A stretch of 64,000 nt of DNA from an uncultured Chloroflexia bacterium (GCA_963850555.1 CAWKLT010000013.1:125364-189363), one strand, 5' to 3'. Shown: positions 20,670-31,187, numbered from the stretch's first letter. Made by a program: numbers and translations. Notes: generated from the sequence alone by a model not told the origin.

Positions 20670-22777
20670 CAGTACGACGCGGCGGGCGTCGGTTCCTCCG
20701 CCGGCCGCTCCGACAGGAACTGCTCGCGATACAGCCGCGCGTACAGGCCGCCCTGGGCCAAGCAGCTCGGCATGCGTGCCACGCTCGACGATCCGCCCGC
20801 GGTCGTACACGAGGATCCGGTCCGCGCGCAGGATCGTCGAGAGCCGGTGAGCGATGGCGATGGTCGTGCGGCCCTCCATCAGCCGCTCGAACGCGGCCTG
20901 GATGAGCCGCTCGGACACCGTGTCGAGCGCGGACGTCGCCTCGTCGAGGATCAGGATGCGCGGATCCTTGAGCAGCACGCGGGCGATCGCGATGCGTTGC
21001 TTCTCGCCTCCGGACAGCTTGTAGCCGCGTTCGCCGACGATGGTCTCGTAGCCCTCGGGAAGCTCCATGATCCGCTCGTGGATCGCGGCCGCGCGGGCGG
21101 CAACCTCCAGCTCCTCGTCCGTCGCCTCGGGCCTGGCGTAGATGAGGTTCTGGCGCACGGACGCGTGGAACAGGTACGTCTCCTGGGTCACGACCCCGAT
21201 GATCTGGCCGAGCGATTCGAGCTTGATGCGCCGGATGTCGCGTCCGTCGATCTCCACCGCTCCGGCATCGACGTCGTAGAGCCTGGGGATCAGGTACGTC
21301 GTCGTGGTCTTGCCAGAACCCGATGGCCCGACGAGGGCCACCAGCTCGCCCGGCTGCGCCTCGAAGTCGATGCCCTCCAGCGCGAACGTCGGGAGCATCT
21401 CGATCGCGGGTGCTTCGGCCAGGGCATCGTCGGGCAGCATCCCCTCGGCGAGCGCCTCGACGGCCTCCTCCTCGACCGGGGCCGCGGCGAGCGCGGCCTG
21501 GATCTCCTCCGCTTCGCGATGCTGGTGACCCTGGGCGAGCGCGTCATGTGCCCGCGCCGAGGGCACGGCCTCGGTCGGGTAGCGGAACCAGACGTCGTGG
21601 AAGCGGACCTGCCCGCGGACCTGGTCGTGCTCGCAGGGCGACGGCGTCGGGCGCATCGACGATCTCGGGATCCATCTCGAGGTACTCGAAGATCCGGTCG
21701 AACAGCGCGAGCGAGCCCTGGATCTCGACCTGCACGTTGAGCAGCTGGCCGAGCGGGAAGAACAGCCGGCTCTGGAGGGTCGTGAACGCGACGATCGCGC
21801 CGGCGGTCGGGGCGTTGGGATCGCCATTGGCGGCGAGCGTACCGGCCAGCCAGTACACGAAGGCCGGCATGATGCTGAAGATCGTGCCGATGATCATGAA
21901 GAACCAGCGGCCGACCATCGCCTGGCGGATCTGGAGGCCCGCCAGGTCCTTGTTGATCGCCCGGAACTTCTTGATCGCGTTGGCCTGCTGGCCGAAGGTC
22001 TTCGAGCAGGAGCATGCCCGACACGCTGAGGGTCTCCTCGGTGGTCGCGCTCATCTCGGCCATGGACTTCTGCGTCTCGGTCGAGATCTCGCGCCGGACC
22101 TTGCCGACCCGGTAGGTCAGGTACAGGAAGAACGGCAGCAGGGCGAGCGACAGCACGGCCAGCTGCCAGCTCAGGATGAACATCGCCACGATCGTGCTGA
22201 TGGCGATCGCCAGGTTGCTGGTGATGGAGCTCGCCGTGTCGGTGACGACCGCCTGGACGCCGCCGACGTCGTTCGCCAGTCGGCTCTGGATCTCGCCGGT
22301 CCGCGTCTCGGTGAAGAAGCGCAGCGGCATCCGCTGCAGGTGCGCGTAGAGCGCGCCGCGCAGGTCCTGCATGACGTTCTGGCCGATGACGTTGTTGAGG
22401 TAGCTCTGGCCGACGCCGATCAGCCCGGTCACGATCGGCAGGATGATCATCAGCCCGACGTACAGGTTCAGCTTCTCGTACTCGCCACCGATGATGACCT
22501 CGTCGAGCAGCACGCCCAGCAGGAGCGGATTGACCAGGCCGATCAGGCTCGTGGCCAGGATCGCGACCAGGACGACCACGACCTGCAGGCGATAGGGCCC
22601 GAAGAACGCCACGATCCGCCGGAGCGTGCGAGCGCGTCGCTCCTTGGGAACCGGGGTGAACTCGGTGGTGGGTCCGCCCCACATCCCGCCGCCGCCGACC
22701 ATCCGGCGACCGCTGCCACCGCCGCCTCCCGCGGCGCCGCCCGTGGCGGTCCGTGTGCCGCCGCGCGGGAACCCCAT
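20670..22777 (-). pseudogene. fused ABC exporter (TMD-NBD, MsbA/CydDC-like), three frameshifts near 22004, 21615 and 20750
   Basis: The TMD is in ORF 21290..23383 and continues in ORF 21544..21918. The NBD with Walker A (GPSGSGKTT), signature [13 protein letters not shown] and Walker [13 protein letters not shown] is in ORF 20211..21827. The true C-terminus [16 protein letters not shown]...ASY-stop is in a third frame ending at 20670. The start ATG at 22777 overlaps the trxB stop (TAATG). Confidence 0.8.
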
Positions 22778-23877
22778 TACCAGGCGGTCGCGGTCGCGGC
22801 TTCGGTGATCCCCTGGGCCTCGAGCCAGCGTTCGGCGTCGATGGCCGCCTTGCAGCCGTCGCCGGCCGCGGTCACGGCCTGGCGATAGCGGTGATCGTGG
22901 ACGTCGCCGGCGATGAACACGCCTTCGATGTTCGAGCCGGTCTCGTCGCGGACGACGAGGTAGCCCTTGGAATCGACCTCGAGCCACTCGCGGAAGGGCG
23001 CCGTGTTGGGCACGTAGCCGATCGCGATGAACACGCCGTCGAGCTGCATCTCGCTCATCTCGCCGGTGGCCGTGTCGCGGATCTTGAGGCCCTCGACCTT
23101 GGCGTCGCCGAGGACCTCCTCGACCGCGGTGTTCGGGTGGATCTCGATCTTGGGGTGGTCGTACGCCCGGTCGATCATGATCTTGCTCGCGCGGAACGTG
23201 TCGCGGCGATGGAGCAGGTGGACCTTCGTGGCGAACCGGGTGAGGTACGTCGCTTCCTCGAAGGCGGTGTCGCCGCCGCCGACGACCGCGATCTCGCGGT
23301 CGCGGAAGAAGAAGCCGTCGCACGTCGCGCACGCCGACACGCCGCGCCCCCGCAGCCGGGTCTCGCTGTCGAGCCCGAGCCACAGCGCCGACGCCCCGGT
23401 GGCGACGACCACCGACTGCGCGCGGTACTCCGTGCCGCGCGCCCAGATCCGGAACGGACGCTCGGAGAAGTCCACCTTGTCGATATCGACATCGACCAGG
23501 CGCGCACCGAAGCGCTCCGCCTGGGCGCGCATCGCGGCCATCAGGTCCGGACCCTGGATGCCGTCGGGGAAGCCCGGGTAGTTCTCGACATCGCTCGTGA
23601 GCATCAGCTGGCCACCCGGCGCGGAGCCGGCCAGGACGACCGGTTCCAGGGCCGCGCGCGCGGCGTAGACCGCGGCCGTCAGCCCGGCCGGGCCGGACCC
23701 GACGATCAGGAGCTTCGTGTCGACCCGGCCGTCGGCGCTCGCGATGGTCGCCGGGCCGCCGGTCGCCGTGGGCGGGGCATCCGGCGCGATGGCGAGGGGC
23801 GTCGCCGTGGCCGACCCAGCGCCGGCGTCAGCGCCGAAATCGATGGCCAGACCGCCGAACGGTTCGTTGTCCTTCAT
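22777..23877 (-). CDS. trxB: thioredoxin-disulfide reductase
   Basis: Reads from MKDNEPF... (ATG 23877, SD AGGAAAGGTGA) through GSGPAG, CATC (redox-active disulfide) and the GDV motif. It carries a Gly/Ala/Pro-rich N-terminal extension of about 55 aa. Confidence 0.85.
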   Translation of the reverse strand: MKDNEPFGGLAIDFGADAGAGSATATPLAIAPDAPPTATGGPATIASADGRVDTKLLIVGSGPAGLTAAVYAARAALEPVVLAGSAPGGQLMLTSDVENYPGFPDGIQGPDLMAAMRAQAERFGARLVDVDIDKVDFSERPFRIWARGTEYRAQSVVVATGASALWLGLDSETRLRGRGVSACATCDGFFFRDREIAVVGGGDTAFEEATYLTRFATKVHLLHRRDTFRASKIMIDRAYDHPKIEIHPNTAVEEVLGDAKVEGLKIRDTATGEMSEMQLDGVFIAIGYVPNTAPFREWLEVDSKGYLVVRDETGSNIEGVFIAGDVHDHRYRQAVTAAGDGCKAAIDAERWLEAQGITEAATATAW

Positions 23878-24838
23878 GACCGATATCGTATCACCTTTCC
23901 TATACCCCCCCAGAGTATGGAGCCGCCGTCCCGGCTCGCCGCTACAGCGCCTTGAGTCGCCGGGATGACCGCCGCCAGTGCGGCGATCCGGGCGGGGTCG
24001 TACACCTCGGGCACGCTGACGATGATGTGCTCCGCGCCCGCATCGGCGAGGTCCCCGAAGCGGTCCACGACCTGCGCCGCGGACTCCGCCCGACGACCGC
24101 TTTCGCGCGACAGGTTCACGTCCTGCAACGTGGAGCGCTCGATCTCGGCCGGATCGCGCCCGACCGCCGCGCAGTGCTCGTCGAGGATGCGGTACTTGCG
24201 CGCGATCCCTTCGGGCGATCCGAAGACGTTGCACGCGTCGCCGTACTGCGCCACGAGCCGCAGGGTCTTCTTCTCGCCGCCACCGCCGATCATGATCGGG
24301 ACGCGCGGCCGCGAGAGCGACTGCGGCGAGTTGAGCAGGCGCGCCGCGCTGTATGCGGCGCCCCTCGAACATCGCCTCCGACCCGCGCTCGCCGGACCAC
24401 ATCCCATGGGCCATCCGCAGCGTGTCCTCGAGCAGCTCGAAGCGCTCGCCAAGTGGCGGGAACGGGAAACCCAGCGCTCGCGATTCATACTCGTTCCAGG
24501 CTGCGCCGATGCCCAGCCAGGCACGCCCGCCCGAGAGCACGTCGAGGGTCGTCGCGGCCTTGATCCAGAGACCCGGGCTGGCGGTAGTGGACGCCGCCCA
24601 CCATCAGCCCGAGCCGGGCACGGCTCGAATGCGCCGCCATGAACCCGAGCGTCGTCCAGCCCTCGAGCATGGGCTCGTCGACGGCGCCGACGCTGCGGAT
24701 CTGGAAGAAGTGGTCCATGACCCAGATCGAGTCGAAACCGGCGTCGTCCGCGTCGCGCACGATGCGCCCCAGGGTCGGGCCGATGGCCTCCGGTCCACCC
24801 GGCCACGTGAACGACGGGATCTGCAGGCCGAGCTTCAC
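23874..24838 (-). pseudogene. LLM-class F420-dependent oxidoreductase, frameshifted near 24560 and 24360
   Basis: N-terminus MKLGLQIPSFTWPGG...DSIWVMDHFFQ is in ORF 24485..24838. The middle GRAWLGIGAAWNEYE... is in the frame of ORF 22777..24540. The C-terminus PIMIGGGGEKKTLRLVAQYGDACN... is in ORF 23874..24806. Confidence 0.7.
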
Positions 24839-24866
24839 CGCGGGAGCCTAGCGCAAGCGCCCGACA

Positions 24867-25636
24867 CTAGCGGAACAGGTCCATCTCCGCGGGCAGCAGG
24901 GCGTCGGCGATGCGGCCTTCCCCGCGCACGAACGATGCGCCGCGAACGAGCGCGAGCGGGCGGCGCTGCGGTCTTGCCCAGGACGAGCTCCGCGGCCGAG
25001 GCCAGCTCGTCGGCGACCGCGCGGACCGTCGACCGCATGACCCGGCCATCGGCGTCGGGCTGTGCCGCGCAGGTCGTCGAGTGGCAGCAGGCCCGATACG
25101 CCGATCGCGACATCGACGATGCCCAGGCGCCACGGCCGCCCGAAGCTGTCCGACACGACGACCGGCACATCCTGGCCGAGTCGCTCGCGGAGGGCGGCGC
25201 GGATGCGGTCCGCCGAGGCGTCGGGGTCCTTCGGAAGCAGCGTCACGATCGACCCGGATGCGGGCCCGACATTGGACGCATCGATGCCGCCGTTGGCGCA
25301 GACGAAGCCGTGATGGGTCTCGGTGATGATCACGCCATTGGCCATCCGGACGACCCGCTTGGCCTCGCGCAGCACGACCTCGACCTGGCGCGGGTCGCGG
25401 TCGTGCCGCCGCGCGAATTCCTGGGCGACCGGGCTCGGTTCGATGGTCGTGAGGTCGACGACCGCGCCCTCGGCCTTCGAGACGATCTTCTGGGTGACGA
25501 CCAGCGCGTCGTCGTCGCGCAGCGGGAGGACGTCGCTCGCCGCCGCGACGGCGTCGGCGATCAGGCTTGGCAGGTCGTCGCCCGGCACGATCTCGCCGAG
25601 ACCGTCGATCGCGATCGCCTCGATCCGATCAGCCAC
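24867..25636 (-). pseudogene. cofE: coenzyme F420-0:L-glutamate ligase (standalone CofE), frameshifted near 25060 and 24960
   Basis: N-terminus ...VVTQKIVSKAEG...ANGGIDASNV... is in ORF 24848..25636. The middle ...AVADELASAAELVLGK... is in ORF 24835..25170. The C-terminus RPLALVRGASFVRGEG...EMDLFR is in ORF 24867..25133. Confidence 0.75.
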
Positions 25637-26270
25637 CGACCGACTCCGCGGCCTGCGCCTGGTCGAGCAGCAGGTCGTCGGGCGTGTCGAGGTCGTAGGT
25701 CAACGGACCTCCGAGATCGATGAACCGGGCGCCTGCGTCCGCGGCTGCGGCGGCGTGTGCGGCATGGCTGTCGCCGCCGAAACAGACGTCGATCACGTCG
25801 GGCGGGGCGAGCAACAGCGCGTTGGTGCCGCGTCCGTGCCGGTCCGGCACGAGCGCGACGAGCGGGCCGGCACCGTCGCCGTCGCCCAACGTTTCGAGCA
25901 GCACACCGAGGGCGGCAGGGGAGACCCGCGGCAGGTCGGTCGGCAGGATCAGCATGGCGGTGGCGCCGCCGGCCAGGGCCTCCGCCCGCGCCTCGCGCAG
26001 GCCGGCATTGAGACCCCGGCTGCGCTGGAGGACGGGCCGCGCGCCGGCGGCCATCGCGACGGCACGAACCGTGTCATCCGGCGTGATGACGAGCGTCTCC
26101 GCGATGCCGGGCGTCGCGACCGCGGACCGGATCGTGGCGTCGGCGAGGCGGAGTGCGAGATCGTGACGTTCCTCGGCGTCCAGCACGGCACCGAGCCGGG
26201 ACTTGGCGCCGTCCAGGGCACCGACCGGGATGACCGCGTAGACGACCCGTGCCGGAACGTCGGGGCTCAT
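25629..26270 (-). CDS. cofC: 2-phospho-L-lactate guanylyltransferase
   Basis: 213 aa with the CofC/FbiD-like fold. Confidence 0.8.
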   Translation of the reverse strand: MSPDVPARVVYAVIPVGALDGAKSRLGAVLDAEERHDLALRLADATIRSAVATPGIAETLVITPDDTVRAVAMAAGARPVLQRSRGLNAGLREARAEALAGGATAMLILPTDLPRVSPAALGVLLETLGDGDGAGPLVALVPDRHGRGTNALLLAPPDVIDVCFGGDSHAAHAAAAADAGARFIDLGGPLTYDLDTPDDLLLDQAQAAESVGG

Positions 26271-27211
26271 GCCACGGTCGCGCCCGCCGCCCGCAGGACC
26301 TCGCCGGCGACCCTGGCGCGGGCCGCGTCGTCGGTCATGATCGTGTCCGCGACGACCGGGCGGAGACCGAGGCGAGCGATCGACGACGTCGCATCAGCGT
26401 CCGCGGCATCGACGACGAACGCGGTCGCGAGCCCGGCATACAGCCGCGCGACGCCGAGCGCGCTCGACTCATGGCCCAGCGAGGTCAGCATCCGGTCGGC
26501 GGGGCCCTTGAGCGCCTTGCCGCCGATGATCCCGCTGACCGCGATGACCGGTACGCCGCGTTCGCGCGCCGCGGCCAGGGCGGTGGCCATCCCGGGCACG
26601 GCGAGGATCGGCCCGATCGAGACGATCGGGTTCGACGGCGCGATCACGATGGTGTCCGCGGCATCGATCGCGGCGAGGACCTCGGGCGTCGGTCGGGCCG
26701 CCTCGATGCCGCGGAACCGGACCTCACGGACCTCCGGCTCCTGGTGGCGGTGCACGAAGTACTCCTGGAACTCGAGCCAGCCGTCGTCGGTCAGGACCTC
26801 GGTCCGGACTTGTTCGTCGCTCATCGGCAGGATCGTCGAGCCGATGCGGAGGGCGGCGGCCAGCTCGAGGGCGACGTCCGTCGGCCGGGCGCCCGTGCGC
26901 AACCGATCCGTTCGCCAGAGATGCGTCGCGAGGTCCCGGTCCCCAAGACGGAACCAGGAGGGATCCCCGAGCGCCCAGAGTCCCTCCATGACGTTCCAGG
27001 TCTCGTCGCGGAGTCCCCACCCACGGACCTCGTCGTCGAGCCCGGCCAGGGTGTAGGCCACGGTGTCGTGGTCCGGCCAGATCGACAGCCCATGCAGCTC
27101 CAGGTCGTCGCCGGTGTTGACGACGACCGTCAGGTCCGTCCCGACATGGGCGGCGAGGCCCTCGGCCAGCTTCGCGCCGCCGACACCACCGGCGAGCTCG
27201 ACGACCTTCAT
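26267..27211 (-). CDS. cofD: 2-phospho-L-lactate transferase
   Basis: Translation from the Met at 27211, MKVVELAGGVGGAKLAEGL..., shows the CofD/FbiA family fold. It shares ATGA overlaps with both neighbours. Confidence 0.85.
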   Translation of the reverse strand: MKVVELAGGVGGAKLAEGLAAHVGTDLTVVVNTGDDLELHGLSIWPDHDTVAYTLAGLDDEVRGWGLRDETWNVMEGLWALGDPSWFRLGDRDLATHLWRTDRLRTGARPTDVALELAAALRIGSTILPMSDEQVRTEVLTDDGWLEFQEYFVHRHQEPEVREVRFRGIEAARPTPEVLAAIDAADTIVIAPSNPIVSIGPILAVPGMATALAAARERGVPVIAVSGIIGGKALKGPADRMLTSLGHESSALGVARLYAGLATAFVVDAADADATSSIARLGLRPVVADTIMTDDAARARVAGEVLRAAGATVA

Positions 27212-28140
27212 CCGTCGAGGAGCGCGCCCACCTCGGGCATGCGCTCGATGGTCTCGCGGTCGTACGGGGCGGGCATCCGGACGATGAACGTCGAAAACCC
27301 GAGGTCGCGGTACGGCCGGAGGATGTCCGCGACCTCCGCCGGCGAGCCGGCCACCGACTGGCCGAAGCCGTCCATGTCGACACGCCGTTGTGGCCCAGCA
27401 GCTCCGCCGTCCGAGCCCGCGCCGCATCGGCGTCGTCGCGCAGGATGATGTGGAAGCTCGCTGTCCGTTCGATCGTGGCGATGTCGCGGCCGACGTCGGC
27501 AGCAGTGGCGCTCGAGCGTTTCGAGCGCGTCGCGGAGCTCGTCGACCGACCCGTTGGCGTTCCACGCGTCGGCCCGCTGCGCGACGGTGCGCAGCGTCTT
27601 GCGTCGGCCCGAACCGCCGATGAGGATCGGCAGGTGCGGCTGGATCGGTCGCGGCTCGCACAACGCGTCCCGCATCGGATAGCGCGGGCCGTCGTGATCG
27701 ACGCGTTCGCCATCGAGCAGGCGGCGGATGAGCATCACGGACTCGTCGAGCCAGTCCAGTCGCTCGCCCGGGCTCTTCCCGAACTCGATGCCGAAGGCCT
27801 CGTGCTCCCGCTCGAACCAGGCCCCGCCGATGCCCAGGACCGCACGTCCCCCGGAGACGTGGTCGAGCGTCGTGGCGAGCTTGGCCGTGAGCCCCGGGTT
27901 GCGGAACGTGTTCGCGCCGACCATGAGGCCGAGGCGCACGCGCTTCGTGATCGGGCCGAGCGCCGCCAGCGTCGTCCAGCCCTCGAGGATGGGTTGCTCC
28001 CAGGGCCCGAAGATCGCCATCAGGTGGTCCCAGGTCCAGACCGAGTCCCAGCCGGCTTCCTCGGCGGCGAGCGCGGCGTCACGGAACCCCGGCCAATCCG
28101 TGGCTTGCGACCAGAGCTGGAGACCGAATCGGGTGGTCAT
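27208..28140 (-). pseudogene. LLM-class F420-dependent oxidoreductase, two compensating frameshifts near 27505 and 27380
   Basis: N- and C-terminal thirds are in the frame of ORF 27208..28140. The middle segment (GRDIATIERTASFHIILRDDADAARARTAELLGHNGV) reads only in the frame of ORF 26724..27713. Confidence 0.7.
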
Positions 28141-28156
28141 CGATGCGTGTCCCGGG

Positions 28157-28627
28157 TCAGTCGAGATGATCGTGGATGGCGTCGATCGAGATCCGGAAGC
28201 TCACTCGCGGTTGCCGTTCGAACCGGTCGCGCACGAGTCGCTCGGCCTTCTCCGGTTCGTCCGCGTGGTATCGGCGCGCCATCTCCGCGATGTCCGCCTG
28301 TGCCGTCGGCTGGTCCTCGACGATCGTCACCGTCCCGGTCACGCCGACCCAGCGGTAGCCATCGGCCTGGTCGTGGACCGCCACCGAGATGCGCGGGTCA
28401 CGCTCCAGATTGGAGGGCCAGCGTCGACCGACCTTGCTGTTGAGGACGATCACGTCGCCGTCGAGGCGGTACCAGATGACGGCCTGCCGCGGCCCGCCGT
28501 CGGGATCGACCGTCGCGATGGTCGCGAACCGGGTCGCCGCGAGGAAGGCGCGCACGTGCTCGGGAAGCGATGTGCTGGTCGGGGTCGTCGGGGTAGTCGG
28601 GGTCGTCGGGCTGGTGGGGTTCGCCAT
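28157..28627 (-). CDS. PPOX-class (pyridoxamine 5-prime-phosphate oxidase-like) F420-dependent oxidoreductase
   Basis: Reads from the Met at 28627, MANPTSPTTPTTPTTPTSTSLPEHVRAFLAATRFATIATVDPDGGPRQAVIWY..., with a PNPOx-like split barrel. The N-terminal PTT repeats are encoded by a 9-bp tandem repeat. Confidence 0.75.
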   Translation of the reverse strand: MANPTSPTTPTTPTTPTSTSLPEHVRAFLAATRFATIATVDPDGGPRQAVIWYRLDGDVIVLNSKVGRRWPSNLERDPRISVAVHDQADGYRWVGVTGTVTIVEDQPTAQADIAEMARRYHADEPEKAERLVRDRFERQPRVSFRISIDAIHDHLD

Positions 28628-29958
28628 GACCCCGATGGTACGCGGACGCGTCGGTATCGTCCCGGGCTGCCCACGCTCGGGCGAGCGGTCAGTCGCTGGC
28701 GCGAACCCGTCGAGCGGCTGGCCCGTCCCGGGCTGGCCAGGGCGTGACTCGCCGCCACCCGTGCGACCCGCCGGGCCGCCTGCAGCCGCAGCTTCTCCAT
28801 GCTTCGCGGCAGCGCCGGCTCCGCAGCGGGCCGTCCCAGCAGGTAGCCCTGCCCGAGATCCACGCCGAGCGAGGTCACCGTCGCGAGGTCGGAACGACGC
28901 TCGATGCCCTCGGCCAGCACCCGAGCCCCGATCCGGTGTCCGAACGACACGAAGGCTTCCACGAGCGCCTGCTTGGCGTCGTCGCGCGCGCACCCGGCGA
29001 CGATGTCGCGGTCGATCTTGATGACGGTCGGTTTCAGCGCGGCGACCAGGGCGAAGCTGGCGTAGCCGGCGCCGGCGTCGTCGACCGCGAACCCGAACCC
29101 CACGCGCCGGAGCGCCTTGACGGCGCGCTGGAGGCGGAGCACGTCGGCGACGGCCTGTTGCTCCGTGCACTCGAGCGTCACCTTGCGCGGATCGAGCCCG
29201 GCCTCGCGAACCATCGCGGCGAACGCGGTCGCCTCGAACCGCGCGTCGAGCAGGCTGGCCGGCGTCACGTTGACAGCCACGCGCAGGGCCGCCCCACCGT
29301 CCGCCCGGCGGCGCTTGTCGAGCTCGCCGGCGCGCTCGAGGATCTTCGACACGAGGAACACGTCGAGCTCGATGGAGCGGTCGGTATCGATGGCCGCCTG
29401 CACGATCGATCCGATCGACTGCGGGAGCATCGGCATGTTCGGTCGGAAGAGGCACTCGTATTCGTGCAGCTCCCCGCTGGCCAGCTCCACGATCGGCTGG
29501 AACGCGACGGTGTGGAGCGTGCGCAGGCTGAAGAAGTAGTCGAGCGTCTTGGTCTGGATGACCTGGGTCGTCTGGGCCATCCCGATGCGGTCCGCGAGAC
29601 CGGACATCTGGACCGCGGCCGAGAGCGCCATCAGGTAGCGGTCCGCCTCCGGCAGCGTGTCATCGATCGTGACGAGGCCGTACTCGGGCGCGCGTGCCTC
29701 GCGGGCGATCGAGCTCGCGACGAGCTCGGTCAACTCGCTCGCCGGCGAGATCACGATCGCCCCCGAGTCGAGCTCGAGGACGCGCGAATCCGGCACGAGC
29801 GACGCGAGCCGATGCACGAACCGGGTGTCGCGCGACCACAGCAGGCGCTCGTCGATGGGGCGGCGGGGATTGGCAAAGAGGCGCACGAGACTCCAAGGGC
29901 GGCACGATTGGCGACGGCGCCACCGAAAGGCGGCGCCGTGCCCGTGCATCATGCCCAC
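28450..29958 (-). CDS. EAL domain-containing protein (putative c-di-GMP phosphodiesterase) with an N-terminal domain of unknown function; 3-prime end uncertain
   Basis: EAL-domain blocks include EYECLFRP, QAVADVLRLQRAVKALRRVGFGFAVDDAGAGYASFALVAALKP..IKIDRDIV and GIERRSDLATVTSLGVDLGQGYLLGRP. The ORF as given overruns the PPOX gene, so it probably ends near 28740 or is frameshifted. Confidence 0.65.
   Translation of the reverse strand: MGMMHGHGAAFRWRRRQSCRPWSLVRLFANPRRPIDERLLWSRDTRFVHRLASLVPDSRVLELDSGAIVISPASELTELVASSIAREARAPEYGLVTIDDTLPEADRYLMALSAAVQMSGLADRIGMAQTTQVIQTKTLDYFFSLRTLHTVAFQPIVELASGELHEYECLFRPNMPMLPQSIGSIVQAAIDTDRSIELDVFLVSKILERAGELDKRRRADGGAALRVAVNVTPASLLDARFEATAFAAMVREAGLDPRKVTLECTEQQAVADVLRLQRAVKALRRVGFGFAVDDAGAGYASFALVAALKPTVIKIDRDIVAGCARDDAKQALVEAFVSFGHRIGARVLAEGIERRSDLATVTSLGVDLGQGYLLGRPAAEPALPRSMEKLRLQAARRVARVAASHALASPGRASRSTGSRQRLTARPSVGSPGRYRRVRVPSGSWRTPPARRPRLPRRPRPAHRFPSTCAPSSRRPGSRPSRRSIPTAGRGRPSSGTASTAT
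28577..28620. repeat. 9-bp tandem repeat (GTCGGGGTN x about 4.5), in frame within the PPOX N-terminus
   Basis: gtcggggtc gtcggggta gtcggggtc gtcgggctg gtggggtt encodes (PTT)n on the minus strand. Confidence 0.75.
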
Positions 29959-30023
29959 GGGCCCATCGCGCGGGCCCCGTGTCGGGGGTCCCGCCGCCGC
30001 CGGTACCTTCGTCTGCTGGACGC

Positions 30024-30707
30024 CTACGTCAGCCGTTCACCCGCACGGATCTCCAGGTCGAGGCGGTTCTCCGGCGGCGCGAGCGGACACGCCCATCGCG
30101 GGTCGAACGCGCACGACGGCTGCGCCGCGAAATTGAAGTCGAGGATGAGCGCCCAGTTCGCCGCGTCCGGCCCGGGAGCCGCTCCGAGATCGGCGCCCTT
30201 GGCCGCGTCGACCAGGTAGCGGCCCGCGCCGTAGGTCGACTGGCCATTGGTGGCGTCACGGAACGGGATGAAGATCCCGCCCGAGTACCCGGCCATCCAG
30301 AACACCGACAGCGTCCGCTCGCCGTCCGGGAACGGCAATCGGACGCGGCCGATCCGGCTGAAGGACAGGCTGTCGCTACCGCTGTTGGGCAATTCGAGCG
30401 GGAGGGCGCCGGGTTCCGGCGGCGGCGCGGGCTCCACGACCGCGTGGAACCGGAGCAGCGGGTCGTGATCGAAATGCAGCGCCCGGAAATCGGCACGGGC
30501 CGCGACCGGGATCGGCGACTGGGGATGCTCCCGGAACAGCCGCTCGCGGACGGCGCGCCAGTGCGCGAGCGCGGTCGCCGGGTCCGCCGCCGCCATCGAC
30601 CGCACCTCGGCATACAGGGTCGAGACGCGTCGCCGCCAGTCGGCGAGGGATAGCCGGTCGGCGGCCGAGCCGTCGCCCGGGACCCAGTCGGTCACCGCGA
30701 TCCGCGG
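30024..30707 (-). CDS. DUF1684 domain protein
   Basis: Conserved C-terminal blocks YGAGRYL, LDFNFAAQPSCAFDPRWACPLAPPENRL. The start is probably the GTG at about 30707; the longer ORF to 30980 is Arg-rich and overlaps the neighbour. Confidence 0.65.
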   Translation of the reverse strand, partial: PRIAVTDWVPGDGSAADRLSLADWRRRVSTLYAEVRSMAAADPATALAHWRAVRERLFREHPQSPIPVAARADFRALHFDHDPLLRFHAVVEPAPPPEPGALPLELPNSGSDSLSFSRIGRVRLPFPDGERTLSVFWMAGYSGGIFIPFRDATNGQSTYGAGRYLVDAAKGADLGAAPGPDAANWALILDFNFAAQPSCAFDPRWACPLAPPENRLDLEIRAGERLT

Positions 30708-31105
30708 CGCATCGATCCCAGGACGACCCACAGGCCGATGCCGATCAGGGCGGCCGGCCAGAGCTGGCTCCAGCGGACGTCCGGCAGGTCGTACCCGAGG
30801 GTCCGCTCGACGAAGAACCACAGCCCGAGCGCCAGCACGACGAGCCCGAACAGGATCGATGCCGTTCGACCGTGATCGCGGCCATCGCGCCGTGGCTTCG
30901 TCGCGATCGGAGCGACGGGTGGGACCGGTGGCACGGGTTCGTTCGGCGCGGGCGGCGGGTCGCCCGGGGGACCCGCCCACGGCTCGATGTCCGCGGTTGC
31001 CTCGGCCTCGGGTGCCGTCGCGCCGGGCCAGCCCTGGGTCGGGCTCTCCGCGGCCGGATCGGGGACCGGGATGCGGGTCGTCGGGCTCGGGGCGTCGTCG
31101 GTCAT
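30692..31105 (-). CDS. hypothetical membrane protein (Pro-rich N-terminus, two C-terminal TM helices)
   Basis: ATG at 31105 with SD GAAGGAG. The C-terminus ILFGLVVLALGLWFFVERTLGYDLPDVRWSQLWPAALIGIGLWVVL is hydrophobic and uses AT-rich codons. Confidence 0.5.
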   Translation of the reverse strand: MTDDAPSPTTRIPVPDPAAESPTQGWPGATAPEAEATADIEPWAGPPGDPPPAPNEPVPPVPPVAPIATKPRRDGRDHGRTASILFGLVVLALGLWFFVERTLGYDLPDVRWSQLWPAALIGIGLWVVLGSMRRGSR

Positions 31106-31187
31106 GGGCGGCTCCTTCGGCCGCGGAGCGCGGCTCGCACCATCGTAGTCCGAGCCGCCTAGAATTGGGGGCACAACGCTTTCAGGG

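Noticed and set aside
30024-30980. Full 318-aa extent of the DUF1684 ORF
   Set aside because: The first 90 residues are Arg-rich and overlap the upstream membrane-protein gene. The conserved domain begins near the GTG at about 30707.
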